NCBI RefSeq assembly: GCF_000143415.4
Contig: NW_003314322.1
Span: 497,430 to 561,429 of the forward strand
Reading direction: 5' to 3'
DNA from: Selaginella moellendorffii
Lineage: Eukaryota > Plantae > Lycopodiophyta
Length of the DNA: 64,000 nt
Below are positions 12,929 through 25,991 of the stretch, piece by piece. Within the stretch, counting starts at the first letter, position 1. Each line of letters starts with the position of its first letter. The notes under the pieces are model-generated. The model was not told the DNA's origin. It ran no database searches and worked only from the letters and a program-made list of their open reading frames with translations. The position numbers and the translations under genes are program-made.

Positions 12929-15900
12929 ATGGCTGCGAGGTCGAGATCCCCGATGCGCTACAAGCCGCCCACCTCCGCGGCTGCCAATGGAAAGCCCCCG
13001 GTTCTTCCGTCGCTGAATTCAGGATCTAGGCAGCCGCCATCGTCCACTGTTGCTAGAGCTTCGTCGCTCCCTCCTCCGCCCAGAATGCAGGCCCTCTCCA
13101 AGCTCAACAGCCCCAGCTCCACGCTCTCGGCTTCGTTCTCCTCCTCCACCACCACCACCACATCATCGTCCTCCGACTTGGGCAGCGGCACCACCAAATT
13201 CAACAAGGAGAATGTCACTGTCACCGTGCGATTTCGACCTCTCAAGTAAGTGGTGGCTCTCTAGTCAATCAAGAGCTCGCTCGCTACTCTTCCGAGTTTA
13301 TGGCCTTTCCACTTTTACTTTGTTCCTTTTGGAGCATCACAAGCTTACAACTGGCTTGTTTTGCGCAGCTCCAGAGAAATTCAGAAGGGTGATGAGGTTG
13401 CGTGGTACGCCGACGGGGATACGTCTGTTTGCAGCGAATACAACGCCTCTACCGTTTATGCGTTTGGTAAGTCCTCGGAAAGAAAGGAGATCTTGTCTTG
13501 AACGGGCTGGACTGCCTGCAAACAGATAAAGTGTTTGGACCAGCAACAACGACGCGAGGTGTTTATGACATTGCAGCTCAACAGGTTGTTAGTGGCGCGA
13601 TGGAGGGAGTTAATGGTATTTTCGTACGTAGGCCTCTTTCTACTTATCGCTCAACCTTTGTCGCCTCTCCCAGGAACTGTCTTTGCGTATGGAGTCACCA
13701 GCAGCGGCAAGACACATACAATGCACGTAAGTGTTTTGACAGTTTTCCGTCCGTCCCAGGTCATTTGGTTCTTGTTCTCTGTTGACAGGGCGATCAGAAA
13801 TCTCCAGGAATTATACCTTTGGCAGTGAAGGACGTCTTCAATATAATACAAGAGGTGTAGATTCTAATCTTGTCTTTTATTTCCTTGCTATATCCTTATG
13901 GTACTATGCAGTCGCCAGGAAGAGAGTTCCTCTTGCGGGTGTCCTATCTCGAGATTTACAACGAGGTTTGTGGCTGAGAAAATGTTAGCCGTGTTGGCTC
14001 ACGTCTTACGCAGGTTATCAACGACTTGCTCAACCCAGCTGGACAAAATCTGAGAGTTCGGGAGGATTCTCATGTAAGTTTCTGTATTGACACTTAGGCC
14101 TGCTGTATATAATTCTGGTATTCAAAGTGGCTTGCAGGGCACATATGTGGAGGGTATAAAAGAAGAAGTTGTGTTATCTCCTGCTCACGCACTCTCATTG
14201 ATTGCCACCGGAGAAGGTACACGGGCATAATCTGAGAATTGAAATATCTTGACAGCCTTTTTGTTTATAGAGCATCGTCATGTTGGATCCAACAACCTCA
14301 ACTTGATGAGCAGCCGGAGTCACACGATTTTTACTCTGGTCGGTCCCTGACGTGATTATATTCATCCTCTTTATTTGTCTAACGTCGTTCATTTATACAA
14401 GACTGTGGAGAGCAGTGCGCGAGGAGAAGGAAGTCGAGAGGAGGAAGTTACTCTTTCTCAACTCGTGAGTGTCTAGTAAAAAGGATTTACATTAGATGAC
14501 TGAACTTTCTTTTGACCGACAGAATCTTATCGACTTGGCCGGTTCTGAAAGCTCAAAGGCGGAAACAGTTGGCTTGCGAAGGAAGGAAGGCTCCTACATT
14601 AACAAAAGCTTGCTAACACTTGGCACGGTAAGAGCAATCTGCTAGTAGCTAGAATAATCTTTTGTCTTTTGTTTCTATCAGGTAATATCCAAATTGACAG
14701 ACGGGAAATCTTCTCATATACCTTACCGGGATTCTAAACTAACAAGGCTTTTGCAATCGTCCTTGAGTGGCCACGGGCGTGTGTCGGTACAGCTCTGAGC
14801 ATTTCTTGTCATTCTGATATAAGTCGCAAAACTTGTCCAGTTAATCTGCACAGTCACACCTGCATCAAGCAGCAATGAGGAGACACACAACACCCTCAAG
14901 TTTGCTCATCGTGCCAAACATGTGGAGCTTCACTCTTCCGCGAACAAGGTGAGATCCATGCTAATATTCGCTTATCATTTTCTCTCTCTCTCTCTCTCTC
15001 TCCAGATTCTTGATGAGAAGTCGTTGATCAAAAAGTACCAGAAAGAGATAACAAGCCTAAAACAAGAGCTGGAGCAGCTACGGAAAGGCATGGTTGGAAA
15101 ACCATTTGTGGAAGGCACAAACGATGACGTCATCCAACTTCGTCAACAGGTTTGTTGATACAAAAGTTGCGAGAACATGTTTAAAGGGGAAACTTTTGCA
15201 GTTGGAAGCTGGACAAGTCAAGCTACAATCGCGGCTCGAAGAAGAAGAGCAAGCCAAAGCTGCATTACTGGGCCGGATTCAGAGGCTCACCAAGCTTATA
15301 TTGGTGTCTACAAAGAACACCATTCCAAATCTTCCAGATCGTCCCACACACCGCCGGCGATATTCTTTTGGAGAGGAAGAGGTGTGTAGTGTGTTCTTGT
15401 CTTTTATCTGGTAGCTGGCTACGCTCTCTCACATACTTCCATTTTCAGCTTGCATATCTACCCGATAAAAGACGCGGGTTTATTGGCGACGAAGACGACG
15501 AACTTGATGTCGACTTGCCGGAATTATCATCGGATGGGAAATCAGAAAGTGCAAACGGCGATGATGTTCACAAGGATGACAAGAAGCCGAAGAAGCGCGG
15601 AATGCTTGGATGGTTCAAAACCAAGGTAAAACAATCTCGAAGCTATGCCAAGTTTTTAGTGAGAATCTTGTTTATGCTAGAAACACGAGCAACTTCACAG
15701 CCGCACAGACTCCGACATCCCTTCTCCAACCGGACGTTTAGATGACAACACGGCCACGAAGCGAAAGCCCCTCATGAGAGTAAAAAGCGACGAGCTTGCA
15801 GATGCTTTTCTGGAGCCTACTCAAGCTGGTGAACTCTTCAGTGCTGCGGTCTACGGTCGAAGGCCCCCACCTGTATGTATGAAAGCTACTGATTCACTTT

Positions 15901-18030
15901 TAAGGTACTGATAGTGGTCTCTATCACAGACGGGAACCACAATGGCGGACCAAATGGATCTTTTAAAAGAGCAAGTCAAGATGCTTGCTGGCGAAGTCGC
16001 ATTCTGCAGCAGTTCACTCAAGAGGCTCTCCGAACAGTCCGCTTTGACACCAGATGATGGAGATATTCAAGTAAGCGTTTACCTTTTTCTCTTTTGCATA
16101 ACTAAATCCATCTGTTTATTCTAAGGTTCAAATGAAGAGACTTAAGGAAGAAATTTCTATGAAGAGGCAACAAATGCAGGTATTGGAGCGAAGGATTTTA
16201 GGAAGTGTAGAAAATGCGCCTGCCAACACGCCGCAATTGTCCCAGGTATGCAGCCTTTTTCGTTTTACGTTTCCTTCTTCTTTTACCAAGCAATTGCTTT
16301 TCAGACGATGATGAAGCTTACCAGTCAATTAAACGAGAAATCTTTTGAGCTGGAGGTATACAGTGGTAGCAGTATACATTAGACTCATGCTTCGATTTTT
16401 TCAGATAAAAGCAGCAGACAACCGCATTCTGCAAGAACAACTGCAATCCAAGGTAACAAGGAAGACGGCTATTACGTCTTACATTGTGCCCTTTATTTCA
16501 GAACGTTGAGAACACTGAACTGCAATCTACAATCCACTCCCTCAAACAACAGCTTCAGCAAGCTGTTGCCGAGAAAAAAGCGTCCATTCACAAGAAAGCT
16601 GGATCTGATAGCCACAAGAAAGGGCATAGTTTCTTCGATTCGGAAGAAACTAGCGAGTGGCTGAATGACGTTGACTTGTCCCGGGAGCTGAGAATGGTTG
16701 AGAACGGAGGTGATGCTAACTTTGCCCAAGGCTTTGCTTCAAAGATTATTCCCGGAGCTGGCTTTCCTCTGCAATCTCAGCTGTTTTCACAGGTAGTGTG
16801 GTAATAGCTTTAGTATGTATATAACATCTTCTAAGTGTTGTTCTTTTCCAGATGAACGAGATTGAAAAGTTGAAGCTAGAAAAGACGCGTTTGGCCGAAG
16901 AGAAGACTATGCTGGAAGCCAAAGGCCAAAAGCTTATGGACGAGGCAGCGTACGCGAAAGAGCTTGCAACGGCGGCTGCCGTGGAGCTCAAAGGCTTGGC
17001 AGAGGAAGTAACCAAGCTGTCCGCTCAAAACGCAAAGCTCTCGACTGAGGTGGAGGCTCTCCGCTCGAAAGCTGCCGGCGAAGAGAAGAGTAGAAGGGAG
17101 GGCGTGAGCATGGATCAAGATATGATCCAGCAGCTGAGAGCTGAGTTATCAGAGGCTAAACGGAAGGTGGCGAGCTTGGAACAGAACGAGGCCACTCTAA
17201 ACAGGAGAATCGAAGAAGGGAAGGAGCGGGAGGCGGACTTGGAGAATGATCTCGCAGGAATGTGGGTTCTGGTAGCAAAGGTGAAGCAAGAGAAAGAACG
17301 AGACGAGTTCGAGATCCTAGGCAACGGGAATGGCTTAGAGTCCGGGCTGCTCACTTCTAAAAACAATGCACACGTCGAGGACGAGAGCCCAGTCGAGGAG
17401 TTGCAATGCCAACTTGAAGCTGCAAGAACCAAAGTGGCAGAACTGGAGCTCGGGAACTCCCAACTCAAAGTAAGTGGCAATTTAATTAAGTCTTGGGCCG
17501 ATTTTCTTACTGACTCCTTGACATATACTCAGGGAGAGAACTTGGAAAGCTTGGACCTTTCAGCCCTCGAAAGTCTCCAAAATCTACACGTTGAGGCTTT
17601 GACAAGACTGTGCCAAGCCAAGGTTTTTCTTTTTTTTTTTCTCTCCCTCTCTTTTTTCTTGGTGTAAACGTCACATACTTGTCTTGTATAGACCAAGGCG
17701 CAAGAAAGGCTTGAGAGAGAGAAGCGACGAAGCATGGAAGAGCGAGCATTGTCAAGATCCCAAGCGGACTCACTGTCAAGTATTGGGGTCCAACACTTGC
17801 TGCTCGAGGAAGAAAGGAATGGCCACGTCTGTAAAGTCTGCTTCGAGGCCCCCACTGCCGCTGTTCTCCTTCCCTGTCGCCACTTTTGCTGTAAGTCTCG
17901 TGTCTAATCGTTCTTTTCACTGATTTCTCGCCATTGTTTCCTTTCAGTGTGCAAATCGTGTGCAATTGCTTGCACCGAGTGCCCTCTCTGCAGAAGCGGG
18001 ATCACAGACAGGATAATCACATTCACGTAA
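12929..18030 (+). CDS. Kinesin-7 (CENP-E-like, KIN7D/MKRP type) with C-terminal RING finger, ~20 exons
   Basis: VTVRFRPL, P-loop [42 protein letters not shown], coiled coils, [28 protein letters not shown]...CPLCR. Confidence 0.93.
14980..15002. repeat. (CT)n microsatellite in kinesin intron
   Basis: tctctctctctctctctctctc directly before an acceptor CAG. Confidence 0.8.
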
Positions 18031-18437
18031 GGAAAAAAAAACCAGAAAAAAAAATCAAGAAGTTTTGGATTGAGCGTTACGAACAGCCATACTTTACAGT
18101 AGCGCAGTAATTCTTCTACACAGATGAGAGTTCCCATATCAGAGGAGCTCGTTTTACCGATTGCGTGTAACACCAGAAACATTGAAAGCAAAAAAAGAAC
18201 ACACTCGAATTCTTACCGCGGTGAAATTCTTCCCGACAGCCCAGCTTGGAATCATCATGATGTCAAGGGTAAAGAATCTAAAATGCCACGTCAACTTTGC
18301 ATATTGTTTCTTTAGGGCTCTTTCCTCCGAAGTCACCACGACCATGGCAGTGACTCGTAGCGGGGAGGCAAGATGGCTCCAAATGTGTCCGTGTCAACGG
18401 TGCGCTACAACACGCCACTTCCTCCTCTGTCGCAGCT

Positions 18438-19910
18438 ATGGCGTCTGATCACTCTGGAGCGCCCGCTCGGCGGCGAGGTAAGGATGCCGAGTCGAGCAGC
18501 AGCTGTAGCGCCAGGCGATGGATTCTCGGCCTCGTCTTCCTCCTCGCCGCTTGCTCCATCGCTCGGATGGCACTCGTCGTGTCCGATTCGCCCGATCTTC
18601 CGCCGCGGGCTGAGCCTTGGGATCAACATGAGCAGCAAGAAGAGCAGCGTCTCTCTTCGGTGGAATCTCAATCATCTTCGTTGGAGAAAGATCGAAGGCA
18701 CCCAGAGCAAGGCATGAAAGAAAAGATCTTCCTTCCATCTCCAGCTCTAGCTCAGGCTCTAGCTCAGCGTGAGAGCTTGCGAGTGATTGACACCATAGCT
18801 GACAATGGACCTTACCATTCACGGAGAGCTTTCCTCGACGACTACCGCGACATGGTGAACACCATGAAGGTGTTTGTCTACCCTTGCTCCCCACGGGATC
18901 CATTCAGTCACATCTTCCTTCCAACGAGCTCGGCTCCCTCTGGCAACTACGCAAGCGAGGCCTACTTCAAGAAGGCGCTGGCGGGGAGTGGCATGGTGAC
19001 GGACGATCCCTCGCAGGCCGACTTGTTCTTCATGCCATTCTCGATCACCAGGCTGCGAAACGATCCCAAGGTTGGCGTGGGTCGCATGCCGGCGTTTGTG
19101 AGGGATTACGTCAAGAACATCAGCCACCGGTGGCCTTACTGGAACAGAACTGGCGGCAGCGACCATTTCTACGTTGCTTGCCACTCCATTGGCAAGGTAG
19201 CGCTGGAGAAAGCCCAGCACGTCAAGCTCAACGCCATCCAGGTGGTGTGCTCCTCGAATTACTACGTCCAGGGATTCATACCTCACAAGGATGTGGCCAT
19301 CCCGCAAATCTGGCCGAGGAGCGAAAGTTTCCGAGAGATTAAGACAATCGAGCAGAGGTGCGTCTAGTTCTTCCTGTTTTGCCTCGAGTATCTATATGGT
19401 TCTTACGGTGGCCGAGTTGACAGGAAAGTTTTGGCCTTCTTCGCCGGTGGATCCAACTCGCCTGTCCGAGCGAACGTTGTGAGAACCTGGCGGAATGACA
19501 CCCAGATTCACGCGTACCCGTCACGTATACAAGGATCTTATGCCGAGGCGCTGCTCCGGAGCAAGTTTTGCCTCCATGTCAAAGGCTACGAAGTGAACAC
19601 TGCTCGTCTCGGGGATGCCTTCTTCTACGGCTGCGTGCCCGTTGTCATCGCCAATCACTACGACCTTCCCTTCAGCAGCGTTCTCAACTGGAAGAGCTTC
19701 TCGGTGGTGGTAACCACAGCCAACATTCCTAAACTCAAAGCCATTCTTTCAGGGATTAGCCGCGAAGACTACTCGCAAATGCACAGGCTCGTACTGGACG
19801 CGAGGAGACATTTTCAATGGCATGCTCCTCCACGAGAGTACGACGCTTTTTACATGGTCATGTACCAGCTATGGTTGAGAAGACATGTTGTAAGATACCC
19901 TCTTCATTAA
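18438..19910 (+). CDS. Exostosin-family glycosyltransferase GT47, 2 exons
   Basis: Type II TM anchor, GNYASEAYF, ADLFFMPFS, PYWNRTGGSDHFYVACH, SKFCLHVKGYEVNTARL, YGCVPVVI. Confidence 0.92.
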
Positions 19911-20175
19911 AGTTCTCACTTATAACTTTTCTTTCTGTTCTTGGGCATCCTTTCGGTGTAGTGTTGCTAATCAAGCAGTGCTTTTCCTTCTTGTAGACAT
20001 TTGGAGAGAAAACTGTGAATGCTCACGCGAAGGAATCAAACAAGTAGAGACAGCCAGGTAACTTGAAATTTGGGTGACTTTTTCTAGTTTGTTTTTCTCT
20101 GCGTGCCGGCCATTTGATCAACGCACTACTTATACTCTGGAGCACGTAGAGGTCAATTGTGTTGTTCCAGGTATC

Positions 20176-21942
20176 ATGGCTCTAGCTGCATTGATCTTGC
20201 TGGGAATGCTCTTGAGCACTCAGGCTAGCTATAACTACAAGTTTGATGTGCAGGAGAAAAGCATTGCCGAAATACACCATGAATTCGCAAGGGGGCTCAC
20301 GTCCCGAAAGCTAGTCGAGCTCTATATCGAGAGAGTGCGGAGACACGATCCTCAACTTAAGTCTATCATCGAGCTCAATCCCGACGTGTGGAAGCTGGCA
20401 GACCAAGCCGATGCCGAGCGCTCAGCAGCTGGTGGCTACGTCGGTGGACTTCACGGGATTCCAATTCTCCTCAAGGACAACATTGCGACTGCTGACAGTC
20501 TCAGCACCACCGCCGGATCGTTTGCCTTGTTTCCAAACACCGTCAAGGACGAGGCTTTCGTAGTTTCCTTGCTCCGAAAGGCGGGAGCCATCATCTTCGG
20601 CAAGGCCAACTTGAGCGAGCTCATGCACTTCCGCTCCCAGCTGCTTCCAAATGGCTTTAGTCCTCGGGGCAACCAGACAAAGGTAACAACAAATCCGCGT
20701 CCTTTGAGCTTGTATGACTTGCTGCTTCCAGGATCCATACTCGCTCGACAGCGATCCTTGCGGTTCTAGCACTGGTTCCGCTGTTGCCGTGGCTGCCAAT
20801 CTGGTGTCCGTGTCTCTGGGCACCGAGACGCAAGGATCACTTATCTGTCCTTCAAGTCGAAACGCTGTTGTGAGCATCAAGCCAACGGTTGGACTTACGA
20901 GCAGGAGCGGAGTGATCCCCATATCCATCAACTTCGATACAATTGGGTACGTAAAAGAGAGAATGCTGGTGGTGTGTCTCCTCATTCTGCGTATTTGTTT
21001 TGTTTTCAAGGCCCATGGCGAAGACTGTGGCTGATGCAGTCTTGACGCTGGACAAGATCGTGGGGTCCGATCCCAAAGACAAAGCCACCTTTGCGTGCAA
21101 ACTTCCCGACTATGGATTCCACTCGCATCTGAAAGCTGATGGCCTCTGCGGCAAACGCATTGCCATATCTCGATCCCCGTTCTTCGACGAGGTTCCATCG
21201 TTTGAGGTAGCAGTGATCAACAACGCGATTGCCACCATGAAGTACGTAAGAAGGAGAAGAAGTTGTGGTGTGCGATGGATGATTTAATCGTGGTTTCTTT
21301 CCTCCAGGAAGAAAGGAGCAGTGATCATCGACAACGTCACCATTCCAACCATTGGAGAGATCATCAATGGAACGGCGCTGTTTCCACCGCCGCTTAAAGC
21401 CGACGTTGTCACGCTGCTGACAGACTTTAAGATCCAAATCGAGGAGTATCTCGGTGGCCTCTTGGAAACACCCGTGAAGAACTTGCAAGACATCTTCGAC
21501 TTCGACAGGTTTTCACAGCCCGAGGTAATTTTCTTTGCTCCTCGACTGTGAGATTGAAACCCCCAAGGATATTTGGCAGGAGTTTGCCAAGTTCCCAGAC
21601 GACATCTTCAATGCGTCCTTACAGACCCAAGGCCGGGACACCGCCGCATATCAGCTCGCTCTTGCCACGGACTTTAATCTCACCAGAGACGGGCTGCTCA
21701 AGATCTTCCAGGAGCTGCAGCTGGACGCAATTGTGGCTCCCGCCGATAGCTCCATCGCGGTTCCAGCTTCCATCGGAGGCTTTCCAGCGATAACCCTTCC
21801 CGCGGGATATTCTCCACTAAACGGCCTCCCATATGGAATCACCATCGTCGGGAATCGCTGCAGCGAGGCAAAGCTGGTGGAGATTGCCTTTGCGCTCGAG
21901 CAAGAGACCAAAGCCAGGAAACCACCACCTTTGTTTGCCTGA
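20176..21942 (+). CDS. Secreted amidase-signature family protein, multi-exon
   Basis: LHGIPILLKDNI (catalytic K), GKANLSE, PCGSSTGSA, LGTETQGSLICPS (Ser-cisSer-Lys triad). Confidence 0.92.
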
Positions 21943-22064
21943 TAAGTACATTCTTTTGTAAAGGTCATGTTGCTGGACAAGATGAAAAACATTGCAAGGA
22001 ATGCAACTAGCCACTTGCTAGATACTATTATTTGGATGATTTCTAAGCAAAACGAAGGAAATCC

Positions 22065-22829
22065 TCAGTAACCAGAGCCAGGAGCACCACCGGAGCTTCC
22101 ACTTCCACTTCCACTTCCACTTCCGCTGCCACTGCCACCTCCATAAGTTGGCGGCGTTGAGCAGTCGCCACCAACACCACCGCCGCCGCCGCCAGACGAT
22201 GGAACTCCACCCGATGGTGAGCTCCCCGACCCCGTTCCTGGCGGCGAGCCTCCGCCATAAGATGGAGTGCCTCCAGCTCCTGGAGTTCCAAAGCCGCCAG
22301 ACGGAGTTCCACTTCCTCCTGGGCCGGATGGAGTGCCGCCAACTGGGCCGGATGGAGTGCCTCCGACTGGGCTGGATGGAGTGCCTCCGACTGGGCCGGA
22401 TGGAGTGCCGCCGACTGGGCTAGAGCCGGAAGATGGCGGAGCATGTCCACCGCCGTAAGAAGGAACACCGGAGCCTCCTCCTCCAACTGAGCCGGAACCA
22501 GATGACGGAGGCGTATCCACGTCTGGTGATCCAGTGTCGGGAGATCCCACGTCCGGGGCTCCAATATCTGGACCACCAATGTCGGGAGTTCCACCAACAG
22601 GTGGCGTTCCAACATCGGGTGTGCCTCCTACAGATCCAGAGCCACCAGAATCACCGCCGCCACCACCAACATCACCGCCACCACCACCAACATCACCTCC
22701 ACCCCCGCCACTACCACCACCCCCACCACCATAGTAGCTGAACCGAGGACCAAACTTGCCGTCTCTAGCACTCGCAGCAGCAGCAATGCAGATGGAGAGA
22801 CAAGCCGCCAGCAGAACCTTCGAAGCCAT
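22065..22829 (-). CDS. Secreted Gly/Pro/Ser-rich cell-wall protein
   Basis: Signal peptide MASKVLLAACLSICIAAAASA followed by GGGGGD, GTPDV, GGTPSGPV repeats; TATAAAA on minus strand ~22900. Confidence 0.8.
   Translation of the reverse strand: MASKVLLAACLSICIAAAASARDGKFGPRFSYYGGGGGGSGGGGGDVGGGGGDVGGGGGDSGGSGSVGGTPDVGTPPVGGTPDIGGPDIGAPDVGSPDTGSPDVDTPPSSGSGSVGGGGSGVPSYGGGHAPPSSGSSPVGGTPSGPVGGTPSSPVGGTPSGPVGGTPSGPGGSGTPSGGFGTPGAGGTPSYGGGSPPGTGSGSSPSGGVPSSGGGGGGVGGDCSTPPTYGGGSGSGSGSGSGSGSSGGAPGSGY
22320..22420 (-). repeat. 24-bp coding tandem repeat (PVGGTPSG) x4
   Basis: Repeated ctgggccggatggagtgcc(g/t)cc unit. Confidence 0.8.
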
Positions 22830-23613
22830 CAGAGGAGCCCGGTCGCAAACAAGCCGAAAGGATGTGTGTGTTGTGCTTCCGCCTCGAGAAGAGTTTGATT
22901 TTATAACCCGCACACTGTTGTCAATCTAGCTGTGTAGCATTCTAACGCTGCTGCTGCTGTGCTGCTAGTTCGTCTTGTGCAAGACTACGCCATTAAAAGT
23001 CCGGCGCCAGAGCACCGCATTATATCGAATATCCATCTCGTGAAGAGGTGCGCCCTGCTGACATTAAGTCACCGAATAAACTCGTCGTCCACTTCCTACA
23101 AAAGAAGCTATAAAACTCGAGCCTGAAGTTGCCAGAATTACCTCTTACCAACCGGTTTCGCGTCCTCCCCTCACTTGAGGCATACAAAAACATATTTGGT
23201 GTCTGGACGCTCTGGAGCCTGAACGTCAACGCCAGCATTCATTTTCAGCAACACACCTTCTGCCGCAGTCCTATAATATAGACAGTGATCAGTACTTACC
23301 AATTACAAAAGAAACACGTACCAAAGTCATGCTTACTTCGTAAGACACCGCACTCCACCACCTTGCTTAAATGCCTCGCTTCGTAGCACGGGAAGGACGC
23401 GGCCCAGCCACTCGAGCCACCGACAAATAATAAGACGGTTTTGCAAGCATTGGCTAGATGAAAACTGGGAACTTGTTTTTTATCGAGCTGTTCCTATCAT
23501 CACATCAAACTAGTAAGGACATATGAAAGATGCCTAGCCTGGAATTTCTTCTCCTTTGTCATCCTCCTTGTAAGGAAAGGACGATAAGTATGAAGGTGCT
23601 CAAAAGTGCTGCC

Positions 23614-25795
23614 TCATGCAGTCAAGACAGTGGCAAGAGCTTCCGATTTTCCACGAACAAAAATTGTGTACACAAGACGAATGGCATCCACCCAGCCGTC
23701 CACAGCTTCCCAGTTGTCAGCAATCTGCAGGCAACCCGAATGGTGTGAGCCCAAACAACCAACCCGTCTGGAACCTGACATGATACCATGAAATGCTGGC
23801 CTGAAGGAGTGTCAACGACGAAGCAACCGCCAGGAGGAAGGCTAAGATCCGCTGTTGGAGACACACAGACTATGTCATGCACCTCAACTCTCCTTGTATG
23901 TGATCCCTCAGGCGCTTTACTCGGGCTGCTGGATGCTCCAAGAGTCGGAGATCTTTGGTCCACTTTCTCCATCTGGAAAAAATTATTAGCTTCCTCTCAT
24001 GAAAAATATACAGCATATCAATAAGACCTGATACAAGGCTTCGTGATCCAAGACAAACCACTGCTTTATCCAATCGCTATGAGGTGCTAATGGGTTCCCA
24101 ATCGGAGGTACAGTCAAGTATCCGACTTTCAAATATGGTAGAGGAAGCTGTAAGTTCAGAGAAGTCAAAAAAGCACTAATACAAGCTAGGATTTATACCA
24201 TTGATCTTACAAGTCGAAGAGCGCTCCTATAGACCTGAAAACTGGAAATGTAAAACGCATTAAAAAACCAAGACTTGCCATACTGAATAATCTGGTTTCA
24301 GCGAATGAGCAGCTGCTATGTACACCGCAGACGCACTATAAAGCTCCGGAGCACTTCCTTCGTGAGTGCTAGGACGCCTTCCACTTCTCAAGGTATCTTC
24401 TGCTAGCCCATACTGCATGCAATAGGAAAAAATAAGACTAGCATCTTACTGAAATAAACGAGAGCACACACCAATACAGTGCCGAGATTGTAAACTGCAC
24501 GATGGAAATCAAATCGGAGACGTATAGCTGCTCGAAACTGTTAACATAGAAAACATTTCAGGCTTCTTTATCGCAAAAGAGCGCAGTCACCTTCTTTATC
24601 GCAACTTTAACAATGGCACGTTTTTCTTTTAGAGGAACAATTGCGCCAAGCTCCTGAGTAAGAAGTATATCTAGATCAGTAAGATATATCGCAATAAACT
24701 GTAAACTGATGGAGGAAGTACCTGAAGAGCAAGCCCCCAGTTGTTCAAAGCCTGAGTGGAAAAACACAAGAGAATACAGCGATGCAAACTTTGAAGATCC
24801 ACAACTTACCTGGGGACTTGTCCAGTTTAGTTGAACAGATTTGTCGTACTTTTGACAAGCCTAAAGAACAGAAGAGTAATATGCAAGCTTAAAGAAAATA
24901 AAAATAAAAATCCACTCTACCTGCTTCCAGAGTTCCTCTGCTTCCTTAGTTCTTCCACGGATTTTTGCTCGGTCGGATACTGCAATTCCCCAGTTATAAA
25001 AGGCCTACAGAAAAATAACAAGTAAGCTACAACAACTGTGTACGTAAGTTATCACACCTCGTGCAAAGAAGGACAAAATCTTGTTGCTGCTTCATACTTT
25101 CTGCAAGCTTCATCTAGCAGAGCATCTTTCTCAGCAGGCCCAGACTCAGTTCCAATACTGTCAGCGCTTTCCTGCGGAAAACTTTAAGGTCGAGAGCAGG
25201 AAAAGAGAAAAGAAAACCTGGAGCACCAACGCCCAGTTGTATAGAGCATCAGCATCCTGAGGATTTTTCTCCACTGCAGTAGCATATCTGGAAACCAAAC
25301 AAAAACATGTAAGAACGAAAGAAGAAGTAAAGAGTGTAGACCATGGTACCTTTTGGCAGCAAATGCAAGAATTCTCTGCCTGGAACGACCCTCCTCGTCT
25401 CCCGCTGCGATGTTTTGCAGCACATCACCAATTATACTCGATCTACTCGGTGATCTCTCCTTGCGAGCTTCATTCCTGGAATAATCGTTTGCTTCTACGT
25501 CGAACTGAATCGAAAGCTCTTACCTCTGCGTGGTGGTAGCACCGCTTTTCTCGTCACCAGTAGCCCTGACAGCATGGGCGTGGATGTGATCAAACAGCTT
25601 AGACTCATCCACATTGACGCTTTCCTCGTGACTAGCACCAGATTTCCTTCTCTCTTGCTCCACTAGCTGATGCACACCGTTGGCCAAGTCCGAGGCTTTG
25701 GATGCGGCCGCCGGAGGAGGAGAAGGAGCTGCCGGGGCGGAAGCCTTGGCCAATGACGCCGGGAAGGCCTTGGATTCAGCTGCATTCTTCGACAT
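23614..25795 (-). CDS. HLB1: TPR + PH-like domain protein HLB1, multi-exon
   Basis: [87 protein letters not shown]. Confidence 0.85.
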
Positions 25796-25991
25796 TTCAA
25801 GCCGCTCGTCGATATTTCCTCCTATTTCCACTGCTGCGACATTGGATCCAACCGAATTCGTGCCAGATCTCGCACGAGCTCGCTCAGATCATCCTGCCCT
25901 AGCCAATTCTCATTCCACCAAGAACCCTAAACTCCAAAGGGACAAATTTGTGTGTTAAATTAAAAAATAAGCACATGTTTTACATTTTGCG

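Noticed and set aside
22260-22420. Regular repeats that might suggest a CRISPR-like array
   Set aside because: Contiguous in-frame coding repeats with no unique spacers, in a eukaryotic gene.
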